Of a stretch of DNA of 64,000 bases, positions 24,471 through 37,185 are shown piece after piece. Both the position numbers and the translations under genes were made by a program. The notes beneath the pieces are model-generated. The model was not told the DNA's origin. It was given only the letters and a program-made list of their open reading frames with translations, and searched no databases. Numbering within the stretch: the first letter of the stretch is position 1; the number at the start of each line of letters is the position of its first letter. The DNA is from Anolis carolinensis (taxonomy: Eukaryota): positions 1,364,001-1,428,000 of the forward strand of contig NW_026943825.1 in assembly GCF_035594765.1 (NCBI RefSeq). Direction: 5' to 3'.

Positions 24471-25038
24471 GAGGAATGACGTCATGCGATAAGTCCCAGC
24501 CATAGATGGTGTTATCCTCTCCTACTGTAATTATGGAATACCTGCTTAAAACGATAAGTGGTCTTGGACATGATGGATGAAGCCATTTTTATCAAGGGAT
24601 GGCCGGCATTCTTTGCCTTGGGCAATAAAACATATTGCGGGGAAAAGAGATGGTACAAGAGACCACGTCATGTTCCTCCTACAAGGATGTGGTTTAGGGA
24701 CTAAGAAAACCTGGAAAGTGAGCTAGACGTTGCAGGAAAAGACCTTGCATTTGGCTGATAAAGTGGCCAAACAGTGTCTGTTATGTGTAACAAAGCCATC
24801 TTTCTTCTCCTAAAGCTTCTGAAATGTTTCTCAGTGCGAGCAATGCCAAGGTTTCCATTTAAACTTAGAAATGTCCTTGTCACTTTGTGTGTATTGTCAT
24901 CAGGAGGTGACAATGAAGACAGGGAAGAAGAAGAAACAGAGTAAACCACAAGACAATGGTGAATAGTTTCCAATGGATAGGGAAGCACAGGATACAGAAA
25001 CAATGACACAACAAGTTATTTTTTTGTTTATAGGAAAG

Positions 25039-26616
25039 ACTAGCTGTGCCCGGCCATGTGGCGTTGTCCTAAGTGGGATTCCTAGGGGAATCTTTTGTTG
25101 GGAGGTGTTAGCTGGCCCTGATTGTTTCCTGTCTGGAATTCCCCTGTTGTTCTTCATTTACTGTCCTGATTTTAAAGATTATATTGTTCTGTATTATTAT
25201 ACCACAGTAATTATTATCTATTATATTTATAATCCTACTAGCTGTGCCCGGCCACACGTTGCTGTGGCAAAGTGGTGGTGGTATTGGTTAAAAATTGTTG
25301 TGTAATTTTTATTTGACTTTATTTGCAATTTTTTATTAATTTTGTTGTAAGTTATATTTTTATTTATTATATTTTATTATTTTCTTGTTTTATTTTTAGT
25401 TATTTTCTGTTATTATAGTATTTTATTGTATTAATTTTTAGTGTTTTTTATTATTTTTATTGGGTTGCTAGGAGACCAAGTTGGAGGAGCTTAGCCTTCT
25501 AACTGGCAGCAATTGGATAAAAGCAATTATTCCTCTCTCTCTCATTAGGACTTTATTTTTCTTTTCTTTTTGTTGTATCAACCTAGAGGCGTGGATGATG
25601 GGTTGTGTTGTCAAATTTCGAGGTTGGGGGCCTGTCGTTTTGTTGTTTTGTGGGTCGCCGTGATGCCATCACACTTTTATATATATAGATATTATCTGCT
25701 TAGAACTTGATTATACTATGAGGCTCCTTCTACACAGCTTCATAAAATCCATACTGAACTGGATTATATGGCAGTGTGGGCTCAAGATAATCCAGTTCAA
25801 ATCTGATAATCTCTATTTTATAGGCAGTGTGGAGGAGGCCTAACTGAACTTTGGCTGTCCCTCGGTGCCATTGTGGCTGAGGGGGTTGCTAGGACACGAA
25901 GTGGGCGGAGCCTAAAGGGGGCAGGGCCTACCCATCAGACTGGCTGCCAGGGTTGAAAACGGCTCTTCCTCGTCATCTAATTTGGACTTTATTTTTCTAC
26001 GTTTCTTTGTTTGAAAGACATAGATTGGATGACTATGTCTTTTGTGGCCAAATTTGGTGTGATTGGGTTCGGTGGTTTTGTTGTTTACACAGTCCTACAA
26101 ACGTACATTACATTTATATATACATACTAGCTGTGCCCGGCCACGCGTTGCTGTGGCGAAGTATGGTGGTATGGGAAATAAAGTATTGACGAATTGGTGA
26201 TAGTTAAGGTAAAGGGTAAAGGTTTTCCCTGACATTAAGTCCATTATAAATTGGTTATATAACTGTGTGGAAGGGCCTTGAGTCTACACTGCCATATAAT
26301 CCAGTTAAAATCAGATAATCTGTATTTTATAGGCAGTGTGGAAGAGGCCTAAGTGAGGCCTAACTCTGCCTGTCCCCTGGGCTGAGTGGGTTGCTAGGAG
26401 ACCAAGAGGGTGGAGCTTAGCCTTCTAACTGGCAGCAATTGGATAAAAACAATTATTCCTCTCCCTCTAATTAGGACTTTATTTTTATTTCCTTTTTGTT
26501 GTATGAACGTAGAGGCATGAATGAGGGGTTGTGCTGCCAAGTTTAGTGTTTCTGGGATGTGTAGTTTTGTTGTTTTGTCCTAGGCCGAAACGCCATTACC
26601 CTTTTATATATATAGA
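25039..26616 (-). mobile_element. Cluster of nested non-autonomous Helitrons
   Basis: Reverse strand has 5' TC(TATATATAAAAG) and a 3' GCCAC...GTGGC hairpin followed by CTAG|T. Units include 25238-25689 and 26127-26616. Confidence 0.75.
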
Positions 26617-27213
26617 TAGATATACCCAAATCATGAATGGGAGAATATAGCAAGTACTGTCTGGTATTGAAATGATGCATGGACTTCCCATTGCTCAGCT
26701 GTGAGACAAAGAACACCTTTGATGTTTCATACTAGAAGTTGGCACTGACTTTTCCCAGTTCAAAACCACTATAACTGCCAAGGCTCAATGTTGTGAGGTC
26801 CTGGGAATGGTAGTTTTACAAGGTATTCAGCCTTCTCTGTCCAACAGTGCTGGTGCCTTGCAAAACTACAACTCCTGGGACTCTATAGCATTGAGCCATG
26901 CCAGTTAAAGTGCTGTCAAGCTGCATGGATTTGGAGCCTAGTCCATGTTCTGATACAGCTACTTCACATAATTTAGCAATCTTAAATAAAGCAAGTTATT
27001 CTTTAACTTCTTTCTGGACTTTGAAGGTCTTCTGTTAAATCCACAATGATCCACGTTCCAGCAATTGTAGCTTATTTATTGACCCAGCTTTGCAGAGATA
27101 ATAAAAGGCCCTTCCTTTCTGTGAGGATTAGGCATTTCAAAGGCTATAGGAAAAGTTATCTGGATTTATCCAGGTTTGATTGCTCTTATTCTTGACCACG
27201 TTTCCGAAAGGCA

Positions 27214-27283
27214 ATGAAGAACCCAACACCAGTCAGTTTGCTTCTGGTACTCATTTCCTTCTCAGGGGTCCTGTCTGAAACCA
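27214..27283 (+). CDS. Short pentraxin 3, signal-peptide exon (MKNPTPVSLLLVLISFSGVLSET)
   Basis: ATG at 27214, signal peptide, phase-1 donor A|gtaagt at 27284 that joins in frame to 31990. Confidence 0.85.
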
Positions 27284-28931
27284 GTAAGTATTGGGGGATA
27301 TGTACGATATACTCTTCACTTGAGAATTAATAGTCTGACAGGCACCAGGGGATTATTGGGTGTTGTCCTTGCCCAATACTGGACAGACGGAATATATGAA
27401 ATTTTATTAAAGAAGAAGAAAAGTACATAGATACTAGGCATGCATGATCAATTAAAAATGATTCAAAACTACTTACAAAACTGGGGGGGGGGGGTTGCTG
27501 GAGCTTTGTTTCTAAAGTGTTTCTAAAGTTTACCGTATATACTTGAGTATAAGCCGACCCGAATATAAGCCGAGGCACCCTTCAGTTGGGGTGCCCAGAA
27601 CGGGACATAGTTTTCCAGTCGAGAATTGCATTGGCTTTTTAAGCTGCCGGATCCCTCTGTTGAATCATGTATAGCTTGTGATCTATGTAGACTCCTAGAT
27701 CCCTTTTGCACTCCAAGCACTTTCCGTCCTATATCTGTGAATTTCATTTTTATTGGTTACCATCTATTTATATTACTTAGGACTCCTCCCTACCGTACCT
27801 AATGTGACCTTAAATGATTCTAATGCACTTTATCTACTTATGAATTTGTTACCCATAATGTGCACCGTACACTTTGCTTATCCACTATTGCAACCTCATT
27901 GTTTTTAACCTGATGTTTTAATTCTGCGTTGTGTCTTTTAACTTATTGTGTATATTTTTTATTGGTTTTTGTTCTTGTCCTGATGTTTTATATTTTATCA
28001 TTGTTTGTATTTTGATTTTGCTGTAAGCCGACCCGAGTCCCCTTCGGGGGAGATGGAGGCAGGATACAAATAAACTTATTATTATTATTATTATTATTAT
28101 TTCTCCCTGTTGAAATTCATTTTTTTGAGGGTGCAACTAGCTCTCTAATCCGTGACGGCCATTTCGCAGCCTGATTCTGTCTTTATTTAATTTTTATTTA
28201 CAGTACAGTAGAGTCTCGCTTATCCAACGTAAATGGGCCGGCAGAATGTTGGATAAGCGAATATGTTGGATAATAAGGAGAGATTAAGGAAAAGCCTATT
28301 GAACATCAAATTAGGTTAATGATTTTACAAATTAAGCACCAAAACATCATGTTAGACAACAAATTTGGCAGAAAAAGTAGTTCAATACAGAGTAATGCTA
28401 TGTAGTAATTACTGTATTTACGAATTTAGCACCAAAATATCATGATGTATTGAAAACATTGACTTCAAAACTGCGTTGGATAATCCAGAATGTTGGATAA
28501 GCGAATGTGTTGGATAATAAGGAGGGATTAAGGAAAAGCCTATTGAACATCAAATTACGTTATGATTTTACAAATTAAGCACCAAAACATCATGTTATAC
28601 AACAAATTTGACAGAAAAAGTAGTTCAATACGCAGTAATGCTATGTAGTAATTACTGTATTTACGAATTTAGCACCAAAATATCATGATGTATTGAAAAC
28701 ATTGACTTCAAAAATGCGTTGGATAATCCAGAATGTTGGATAACCGAGTGTTGGATAAGTGAGACTCTACTGTATTTATATTCCGTCCTTCTTTCTCACC
28801 CCGAAGGAGACTCAGGGCGGATCACATTGTACACATATAAGGCAAACATTCAATGCCATATGACATAGAACAGAGACAGAGACAGACGCAGAGGCAATTT
28901 AAACCTTGCCCAGTTTATCCATGCCTCACAA

Positions 28932-28972
28932 CCTCTGAGGATGCCTGCCATAGATGTGGGCGAAACGTCAGG
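28932..28972 (+). ncRNA. Minimal type-I hammerhead ribozyme motif (Penelope-associated)
   Basis: cct CTGAGGA t gcctgc-catagat-gtgggc GAAA cg TC agg: conserved core, stem II, palindromic ACGT stem III, stem I cct/agg. Confidence 0.7.
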
Positions 28973-29354
28973 AGAGAATACTTCTGGAACATGGCCACAC
29001 AGCCCGAAAGACATACAACAACCCTGTGATCCTGGCCATGAAAGCCTTCAACAACACAATTTAAACCTTCTCCAGCTTCCAGCTTCCTGAGGGAATGCTT
29101 GATTCCGGCCGCACTGGGAGCAGCAGCTTCATCATCCACTGCGACGGCAACTTCCTCATTCCGACGGCGGCTGGGTGATTTTTTTTATGACGTCATAAAT
29201 TAGCCTCCCCACATATAAGTGGTACCTAAATTTCCTACTTGATAGAGGCAACTATCTTTCGGGTTGCTTAGGTCAGCAATGAGCAGGGGCTATATTTTTT
29301 ATATTTTATTGTTGGGTGCTCACCCCAACATGGGCTGGCCTCGAACTCATGACC

Positions 29355-30420
29355 TCTTGGACAGGGGGAGTGTGACCCTGCTGGTTCTCTTGGACATCTC
29401 AGCGGCTTTCGATACCATCGACTATGGTCTCCTTCTGGGACGTCTCTCTGGGATGGGCCTTGGGGGTGCTGTTTTGCAGTGGCTCCGCTCCTTCCTGGAG
29501 GGTCGTTCCCAGATGGTGAAGCTGGGGGACACCTGCTCGGACCCCTGGCCATTGACCTGTGGGGTCCCGCAAGGTTCTATTCTGTCCCCCATGCTTTTCA
29601 ATATCTACATGAAACCGCTGGGAGAGGTCATCCGGGGTTTTGGAGTTTGGTGCCATCTCTACGCGGATGACGCCCAACTCTATTATTCTTTTCCACCAAA
29701 ATCCAAGGAAGCCCCTCGGATTCTGGACCAGTGCCTGGCTGCTGTGTTGGCCTGGATGAGGGCGAACAAGCTGAAGCTTAATCCCGACAAGACAGAGGTC
29801 CTCCAGGTCAGTCGCAAGTCTGATCGGGGTATTGGGTGGCCACCTGTGCTTGACGGGGTCGCACTCCCCCTGAAGGCGCAGGTCCATTGCAGCTTGGGGG
29901 TCCTCCTGGATTCGGGGCTGACGCTTGAGGCCCAGGTGTCGGCCGTGGCCGGGAGGGCCTTTGCACAACTCAAACTTGTGCGCCAGCTGCGACCATACCT
30001 CGAGAAGTCAGATCTGACCAGGGTGGTCCACGCCTTAGTTACCTCTAGGCTGGATTACTGCAATGCGCTCTACGTGGGGCTGCCTTTGAAGACGGCTCGG
30101 AAATTGCAACTAGTACAACGCTCGGCAGCCAGGTTTCTAACAGGAGCAAATTACAGGGCGCGTTCAACGCCTCTGTTTAAGGAGCTCCACTGGCTGCCGT
30201 TTACCTTCCGAGCCCAATTCAAGGTGCAGGTGATCACCTACAAAGCCCTAAACGGTTTGGGACCCGCCTACCTTAGAGACCGCATTTCCCCCTACGAACC
30301 CGCACGACCTCTTCGCTCATTGGGGGAGGCCCTCCTCTCGCTCCCACCACCCTCGCAGGCGCGGTTAGTGGGGACGAGAGAGAGGGCCTTCTCTGTCGTG
30401 GCCCCCCAGCTTTGGAACTT
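29355..30420 (+). mobile_element. L2-clade LINE, RT region
   Basis: LLDISAAFDTID, GVPQGSILSP, YADD and LKLNPDKTE motifs; lies in the pentraxin 3 intron. Confidence 0.9.
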
Positions 30421-30913
30421 GTTTCTGACCCTAGAGAAGAAGCGACCCATGAGGCTTGGTCGCCATTCCAGCGTCCTGCTTTGTTCCAGAGAAGACGCAT
30501 CTCTGTCCTTTATTAGTCAAGATGTAGCCTATCTATACAGCTTTGTTATTTTAATCCGTCTATGTGTATTAGAACAGGATAGCTTAGCTAGTTAGTTCCA
30601 AGCCTTTTCTATCCATCAATGGATTTCTTTTTACCTCAATAAATGTTTTTAATCTTTAAATCTAACTTTGCATCCCTTTTGCCTTCCTGATGACACAGAG
30701 GCCTTCCAAACTCACACCCTCGTAAGTCTCACCCTGCTGCAATTCTTTACTCTGCTATTTTAATGGGAATTTGCCTCATAAAAGAGGGTGATTAGAGCTT
30801 AACGGCTCTTCCATTCCCAACACCCTGGATCTAGACGCTATTCCCCTATTGATGCAGGCCAGAATCCCGTTGGCTTTTTTTGCAGCCGCATCACATTCCT
30901 GGCTCATGTTTAA

Positions 30914-31490
30914 CCCTACGAACCCGCACGATCTCGTCGCTTGTCGGGGGAGGCCCTCCTCTCGCTCCCACCACCCTCACAGGCGCGGTTGGTGGGGACG
31001 AGAGAGAGGGCCTTCTCTGTCGTGGCCCCCCAGCTTTGGAACTTGCTCCCTAGGGAGATTAGGCTGGCCCCCACCCTCCTCTCCTTCCGGAAGAACCTGA
31101 AAACCTGGCTTTGCCGGAAAGCCTTTGATGAGTGAATTCTGTTGGTTCAAGTTGCCTGCCTACATAATAATAGACCCACTGATTCGCCTTCTTATTGTCA
31201 TTATTGTCATTTCTAGTACTTTAATGACTATGTCAATGACATAACTACCTCCCCCCAATTTGACACATTCGCCCTTTGGCCTAGACTTGTGTTTTATATC
31301 TGTTTTTAACGCTTTTTCCTGCAATATTGTTTTTATGATGGTTTTACTGATATTGTTGATTTATTGTTGTAAATTTATGTGTTTTGATTTGTTTTTATAT
31401 TGTGATGTTGGGCAAGGCCCCATGTGAGCCGCCCCGAGTCCCTACGGGGAGATGGGGCGGGGTACAAGAATAAAATTATTATTATTATTA
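30914..31490 (+). mobile_element. L2-clade LINE 3' end
   Basis: RAFSVVAPQLWNLLPREIR...FRKNLKTWL; tail gccgccccgagtccc...ggggagatggggcggggtac, aataaa, (tta)n. Confidence 0.85.
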
Positions 31491-31989
31491 CAGTAGAGTC
31501 TCACTAATCCAAGCCTCGCTTATCCAAGCCTCTGGATAATCCAAGCCATTTTTGTAGTCAATGTTTCCAATATATCGTGATATTTTGGTGCTAAATGTGT
31601 AAATACAGTAATTACAACATAACATTACTGCATATTGAACTACTTTTTCTGTCAAATTTGTTGTATAACATGATGTTTTGGTGCTTAATTTGTAAAATCA
31701 TAACCTAATTTAATGTTTAATAGGCTTTTCCTTGATCAATCCTTATAATCCAAGATATTCGCTTATCCAAGCTTCTGCCGGCCCGTTTAGCTTGGATTAG
31801 TGAGACTCTACTGTATTATTATTATTGGTCAGAGTGATATATTGCAGCTGGCTGCTAACCAGCCTGCGCCACAGCCCAGCCCTTCTGGGGTATTAGCTCT
31901 TCCTCCCAATTTGCTGACATGTCTAAATCTGATCAGCATGCTTTCTATTCCATAATCCAAGTCATTGATACTGTTATGTATTTCCATAG

Positions 31990-32627
31990 ACCTGCAGCAG
32001 AAGGTGCTTGTCTTCCCCGCAGAATCGGACAGTGCCTCTGTGGTTCTGCAGGCCCCGCTCTTGGAGCCGCTGACCAGCTTCACCATGTGCCTGAGATACT
32101 ACTCACTCCTGACCCGTGAATACGGCCTCTTCTCTTACGCTACGAAGGAACAGTACAACCAAATCCTGCTCTTGAAGCCCAGTCCAAACCAATATAGACT
32201 TTATCTTGGGGAAGTTTATGTGACCTTTATCCTTCCGGAAAAAAAGGACTCTAAACCCGGTTGGGAGCACATCTGTGTGAGCTGGGAGTCTGCCACGGGA
32301 TTAGTGGCGTTGTGGTTGGATGGGGAGCCGTTGCCCCGGATGGGGCTGCAGAAAAGCCAGTGTATCCATCCCGAGGCATCTATTGTACTCGGGCAAGATC
32401 AAGACTCCTTCGGAGGTGGCTTTGATGCCAGCCAATCCTTTGTGGGAGAGATGAAGGATGTGTACATGTGGAACAGGGTTCTGAATGCCGATGAAGTGGG
32501 TCTCGTCTCGAGTGACTACGTCCTTTCTGACTCTCTGATTAACTGGAGAGCGTTGAATTATGAAATCAAGGGTTATGTTGTTCTTCAGCCTTGTCAAACG
32601 CCTTCCCCATACGGAGTTCAATCATAA
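31990..32627 (+). CDS. Short pentraxin 3 (SAP/CRP family), mature-domain exon
   Basis: Acceptor tttccatAG; NLQQKVLVFP...FTMCLRYY...LFSYATK...HICVSWES...LGQDQD...QSFVGEM...YEIKGYVVLQPC; AATAAA at 32664-32669. Confidence 0.95.
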
Positions 32628-32718
32628 TCATATACATGCCTTCTTATTCACCGACAATGTTCCAATAAAGAAAAATAGCACCTGATTACTTATGCATTCC
32701 CAGCTATATATATAAAAA

Positions 32719-33179
32719 CTAGCTGTGCCTGACCACGCGTTGCTGTGGCAAGTATGGTGATATGGGAAATAAAGTATTGGGGAATTGGGTAAAGGTTTTA
32801 CCTTTCATCAAGTCCATTATAAATGGGTTATATAGCTGTGTGGAAGGGCCTTGAGTCTACACTGCCATATAATCCAGTTAAAATCAGATAATCTGTATTT
32901 TATAGGCAGTGTTGAAGAGGCCTAAGTGAGGCCTAACTCTGCCTGTCTCCTGGGCTGAGTGGGTTGCTAGGAGGCCAAGTGGGTGGAGCTTAGCCTTCTA
33001 ACTGGATAAAAACAATTATTCCTCTCCCTCTAATTAGGACTTTGTTTTTCTTTTCTTTTTGTTGTATGAACGTAGAGGCACGGATGAGGGGTTGTGCTGC
33101 CAAGTTTAGAGTTTCTGGGATGTGTAGTTTTGTTGTTTTGTCCTAGGTTGAAATTTCATTACCCTTTTATATATATAGA
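32719..33179 (-). mobile_element. Non-autonomous Helitron
   Basis: CTAG plus hairpin end at 32719, TC end at 33179; very similar to 26127-26616. Confidence 0.75.
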
Positions 33180-34208
33180 TGTAATGTGCATTTTCCCCAT
33201 GGAGTTAACAACAAAACTACTGAGCCAAATCACACCAAATTTGGCCACAAAAGACATAGCCATCCATTCTATATCTTTCAATAAAAACACCTAGAAAAAT
33301 GAAGTCCAAATTACAGAGGAAGAGTCGTTCTCCCCCTGGCTGCCATTCAGAAGGGTAGGCCCCGCCCCCTTTAAGCCCCACCCATTTCATGTCATAGCAC
33401 CCCCCTCAGCCACAATGGCACCCAGGGGACAGGATTCCCTTAGGCTTCTTCCACACTGTCTATGAAATACAGATTATCAGATTTGAACTGAATTATATGG
33501 CAGTGTAGACTCAAGGCCTTTCCACACAGCTATATAATCCAGAATGCCAAGGCAGATAGTCCACAGTAACTGCTTTGAACTGGGTTATCTTGAGTCCACA
33601 CTTCCATATAATCCAATTCAGTGTGAATTTTATACACTTGTCTAGAAGGGGCCTCATATAATCCAGTTCAAAGCAAATAATATACGATGATATATATATA
33701 AAATATATAGAAATTACTGTGGTATAATAAAACTGAACAATATAATTTCTAAAATCAGGACAGTAAATAAAAAACAACACAAAGGATTCTCCCAGGCAGG
33801 GAGCAGTCAGGCTTTGAAGCTGCAAGGCTACTCAATGCTAATCAAGCTAGCCAATTGCAACATTCACACTTTCCTCAACATTCACACCAGCCATGGTGGG
33901 GCAATGGTTAAACTCTTGTGCCAGCTGAACTGCTGACCTGAAGGTTGGATTGCTGACCTGAAGGTTGGTGGTTCAAATCCGTGAAATGGAGTGAGCTCCC
34001 GTCCATCAGCTCTAGCTTGGAGGAATGAAAGAGAAGCCACCCAGCAGGATGATAACACATCTGGGCGTGCCCTGGGCAACGTCTATGTAGATGGCCAATT
34101 CTCTCAAGTCGCTTCTGACAAGATTAAAACAAAAACCTTGCCTCCACCCTGGACATTATTCCACAGATATATAAACCCCACTTGCCTAGTTTCCAACAGA
34201 CCTCACAA

Positions 34209-34249
34209 CCTCTGAGGATGCCTGCCATAGATGTGGGCGAAACGTCAGG
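34209..34249 (+). ncRNA. Minimal hammerhead ribozyme motif in a Penelope end (about 34130-34335)
   Basis: Identical to 28932-28972. Confidence 0.7.
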
Positions 34250-34440
34250 AGAGAATGCTTCTGGAACATACAGCCATACAGCCCAAAAAACTCACAGCAA
34301 CCCAGTGATTCCAGCCATGAAAGCCTTTGCCAACACAAAAAATACTTCTAAACCATAACCTATGAGACCACTAGATGGTGGTACTGTGTTGGCATTTCCC
34401 CGGCTTCTTGTTTCGTAAACTTTCTTCCCTTCCTCTGGAG

Positions 34441-34488
<48 letters not shown>

Positions 34489-34576
34489 TCACACAGTCCT
34501 AGACACCTGGGAAGTGTTCGACTTGTGATTTTGTGATATGAAATCCAGCATATCTATCTTGTTTGCTGTGTCATAA

Positions 34577-34610
<34 letters not shown>

Positions 34611-34774
34611 GACATTGACAAATTCACGATCTGCCAACTGCAAAAGGCCACCCTATTGGGATCTGCGCGCATCATCCGAAAATACATCACACAGTCCTAG
34701 ACACTTGGGAAGTGTTCGACTTGTGATTTTGTGATATGAAATCCGGCATATCTATCTTGTTTGCTGTGTCATAA

Positions 34775-34819
<45 letters not shown>

Positions 34820-35547
34820 CTTTATTTTTATATCCTGCCCCATTTCCCCGAAGGGACTCGGGGCGGCTCACAACAGGGACAAGCCCGAACAACGACACAA
34901 CATATTTGACAAAACTTAAAATATTTCAACAATACACAAAATAATACAATGGACAATACATTAAAATCCAAGCAGATAAAATCAGAGTAATTAAAAGCGA
35001 ACCAGCGGGGACAGGTTTCATAAAGTGCTATATCATGGAAATGAGTAACAGTGATAATATAAAAATATTACAAACAATTCAATCAGTTAAAATTAAATAC
35101 ATTAAACATTGATAAAAATATACATATAAATACACAATTGGTGCACTATGAAACATTATTCTTGTTCCTGGGTTATAAATGCCATTTGCTACTTGGTTCT
35201 ATCATGAAAACATGGGGAAAGTTGATTAAACTGCAAAACTTGGTTTTTATTGGCCATTCCACAGTACATGTTGCTATAATTTTTCAAAGAATATCTGAGC
35301 GAGTTTCAATCAATTCAACATCATTTTGAGTCTGCCACAAAAGCGACGTGTCTGGAGTATAATAACTGCTTTCAAAGTAAGTACAGCACAATTAAACAAG
35401 AAATAACACTTTCTAACCCGAAACAGGGCCGCAAAAGCCATGCTTTTCTATGGCTGATTTAAGTTGTAAGGGATGGAGAATTCAGCACCTTGGAGAGTTC
35501 CCAGCCTCTTTGCTTTCCCTGGGATCCAGCCATTGCAGATCCCTACC

Positions 35548-35584
<37 letters not shown>

Positions 35585-35835
35585 TATTTATACCCCACCA
35601 CCATCTCCCCGTGGGGCCTCGGGGCGGCTTACATGGGGCAGAGGCCCAAACAACATAAGGACAAAATAAACAACAAAATACGAATCACAATATAAAAAGA
35701 TAAAAACAGTAATACAATATGAAACAAGAATATTATAACAGTTAAAAACCAGTCAACTGAAACAGCAATTAAGGATAAAAAGTTGCATTTAAAACCCATA
35801 AATGGTAAGGACAATAATAAATGCAGGATAGATTG

Positions 35836-35877
<42 letters not shown>

Positions 35878-35879
<2 letters not shown>

Positions 35880-36346
35880 CTGCAAAAGTATTGGAAAATG
35901 AGCACGCAAAGATACTATGGGACTTCCGAATCCAGACTGACAAAGTTCTGGAACACAACACACCAGACATCACAGTTGTGGAAAAGAAAAAGGTTTGGAT
36001 CATTGATGTTGCCATCCCAGGTGACAGTCGCATTGACGAAAAACAACAGGAAAAACTCAGCCGCTTTCAGGACCTCAAGATTGAACTTCAAAGACTCTGG
36101 CAGAAACCAGCGCAGGTGGTCCCGGTGGTGATGGGCACAGTGGGTGCCGTGCCAAAAGATCTCAGCCGGCATTTGGAAACAATAGACATTGACAAAATGA
36201 TGATCTGCCAACTGCAAAAGGCCACCCTACTGCACGCATCATCCGAAAATACATCACACAGTCCTAGACACTTGGGAAGTGTTCGACTTGGGATTTTGTG
36301 ATATGAAATCCAGCATATCTATCTTGTTTGCTGTGTCATACTATAA

Positions 36347-36397
<51 letters not shown>

Positions 36398-36481
36398 CCT
36401 AGACACTTGGGAAGTGTTCGACTTGTGATTTTGTGATACGAAATCCAGCATATCTATCTTGTTTGCTGTGTCATACTATAA

Positions 36482-36526
<45 letters not shown>

Positions 36527-36610
36527 CCTAGACACTTGGGAAGTGTTCGACTTGTGATTTTGTGATACGAAATCCAGCATATCTATCTTGTTTGCTGTGT
36601 CATACTATAA

Positions 36611-36661
<51 letters not shown>

Positions 36662-36745
36662 CCTAGACACTTGGGAAGTGTTCGACTTGTGATTTTGTGA
36701 TACGAAATCCAGCATATCTATCTTGTTTGCTGTGTCATACTATAA

Positions 36746-36799
<54 letters not shown>

Positions 36800-36997
36800 C
36801 CTAGACACTTGGGAAGTGTTCGACTTGTGATTTTGTGATACGAAATCCAGCATATCTATCTTGTTTGCTGTGTCATACTATAAAATAATAATAATAATAA
36901 TAATAATAATAATCCTAGACACTTGGGAAGTGTTCGACTTGTGATTTTGTGATACGAAATCCAGCATATCTATCTTGTTTGCTGTGTCATACTATAA

Positions 36998-37048
<51 letters not shown>

Positions 37049-37130
37049 CCTAGACACTTGGGAAGTGTTCGACTTGTGATTTTGTGATACGAAATCCAGC
37101 ATGTCTATCTTGTTTGCTGTGTCATGATAA

Positions 37131-37184
<54 letters not shown>

Positions 37185-37185
37185 T
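35878..37185 (+). mobile_element. R4/Dong 3' fragment followed by a tandem array of its 3'UTR separated by (AAT)n
   Basis: Endonuclease ORF 35891-36301, then about 7 units of cctagacacttgggaagtgttcgac...gctgtgtcat(actataaa)+(aat)n. Confidence 0.9.

Noticed and set aside
24477-24484. Perfect CRE (TGACGTCA)
   Set aside because: A single 8-mer 2.7 kb from the nearest start codon; expected by chance in 64 kb.
29264-30595. 443-aa ORF as a host gene
   Set aside because: 5'-truncated L2 reverse transcriptase read through into flanking sequence.
36260-37185. CRISPR-like constant repeat with variable spacers
   Set aside because: The spacers are only (AAT)n, the repeat is a LINE 3'UTR, the context is vertebrate and there are no cas genes.
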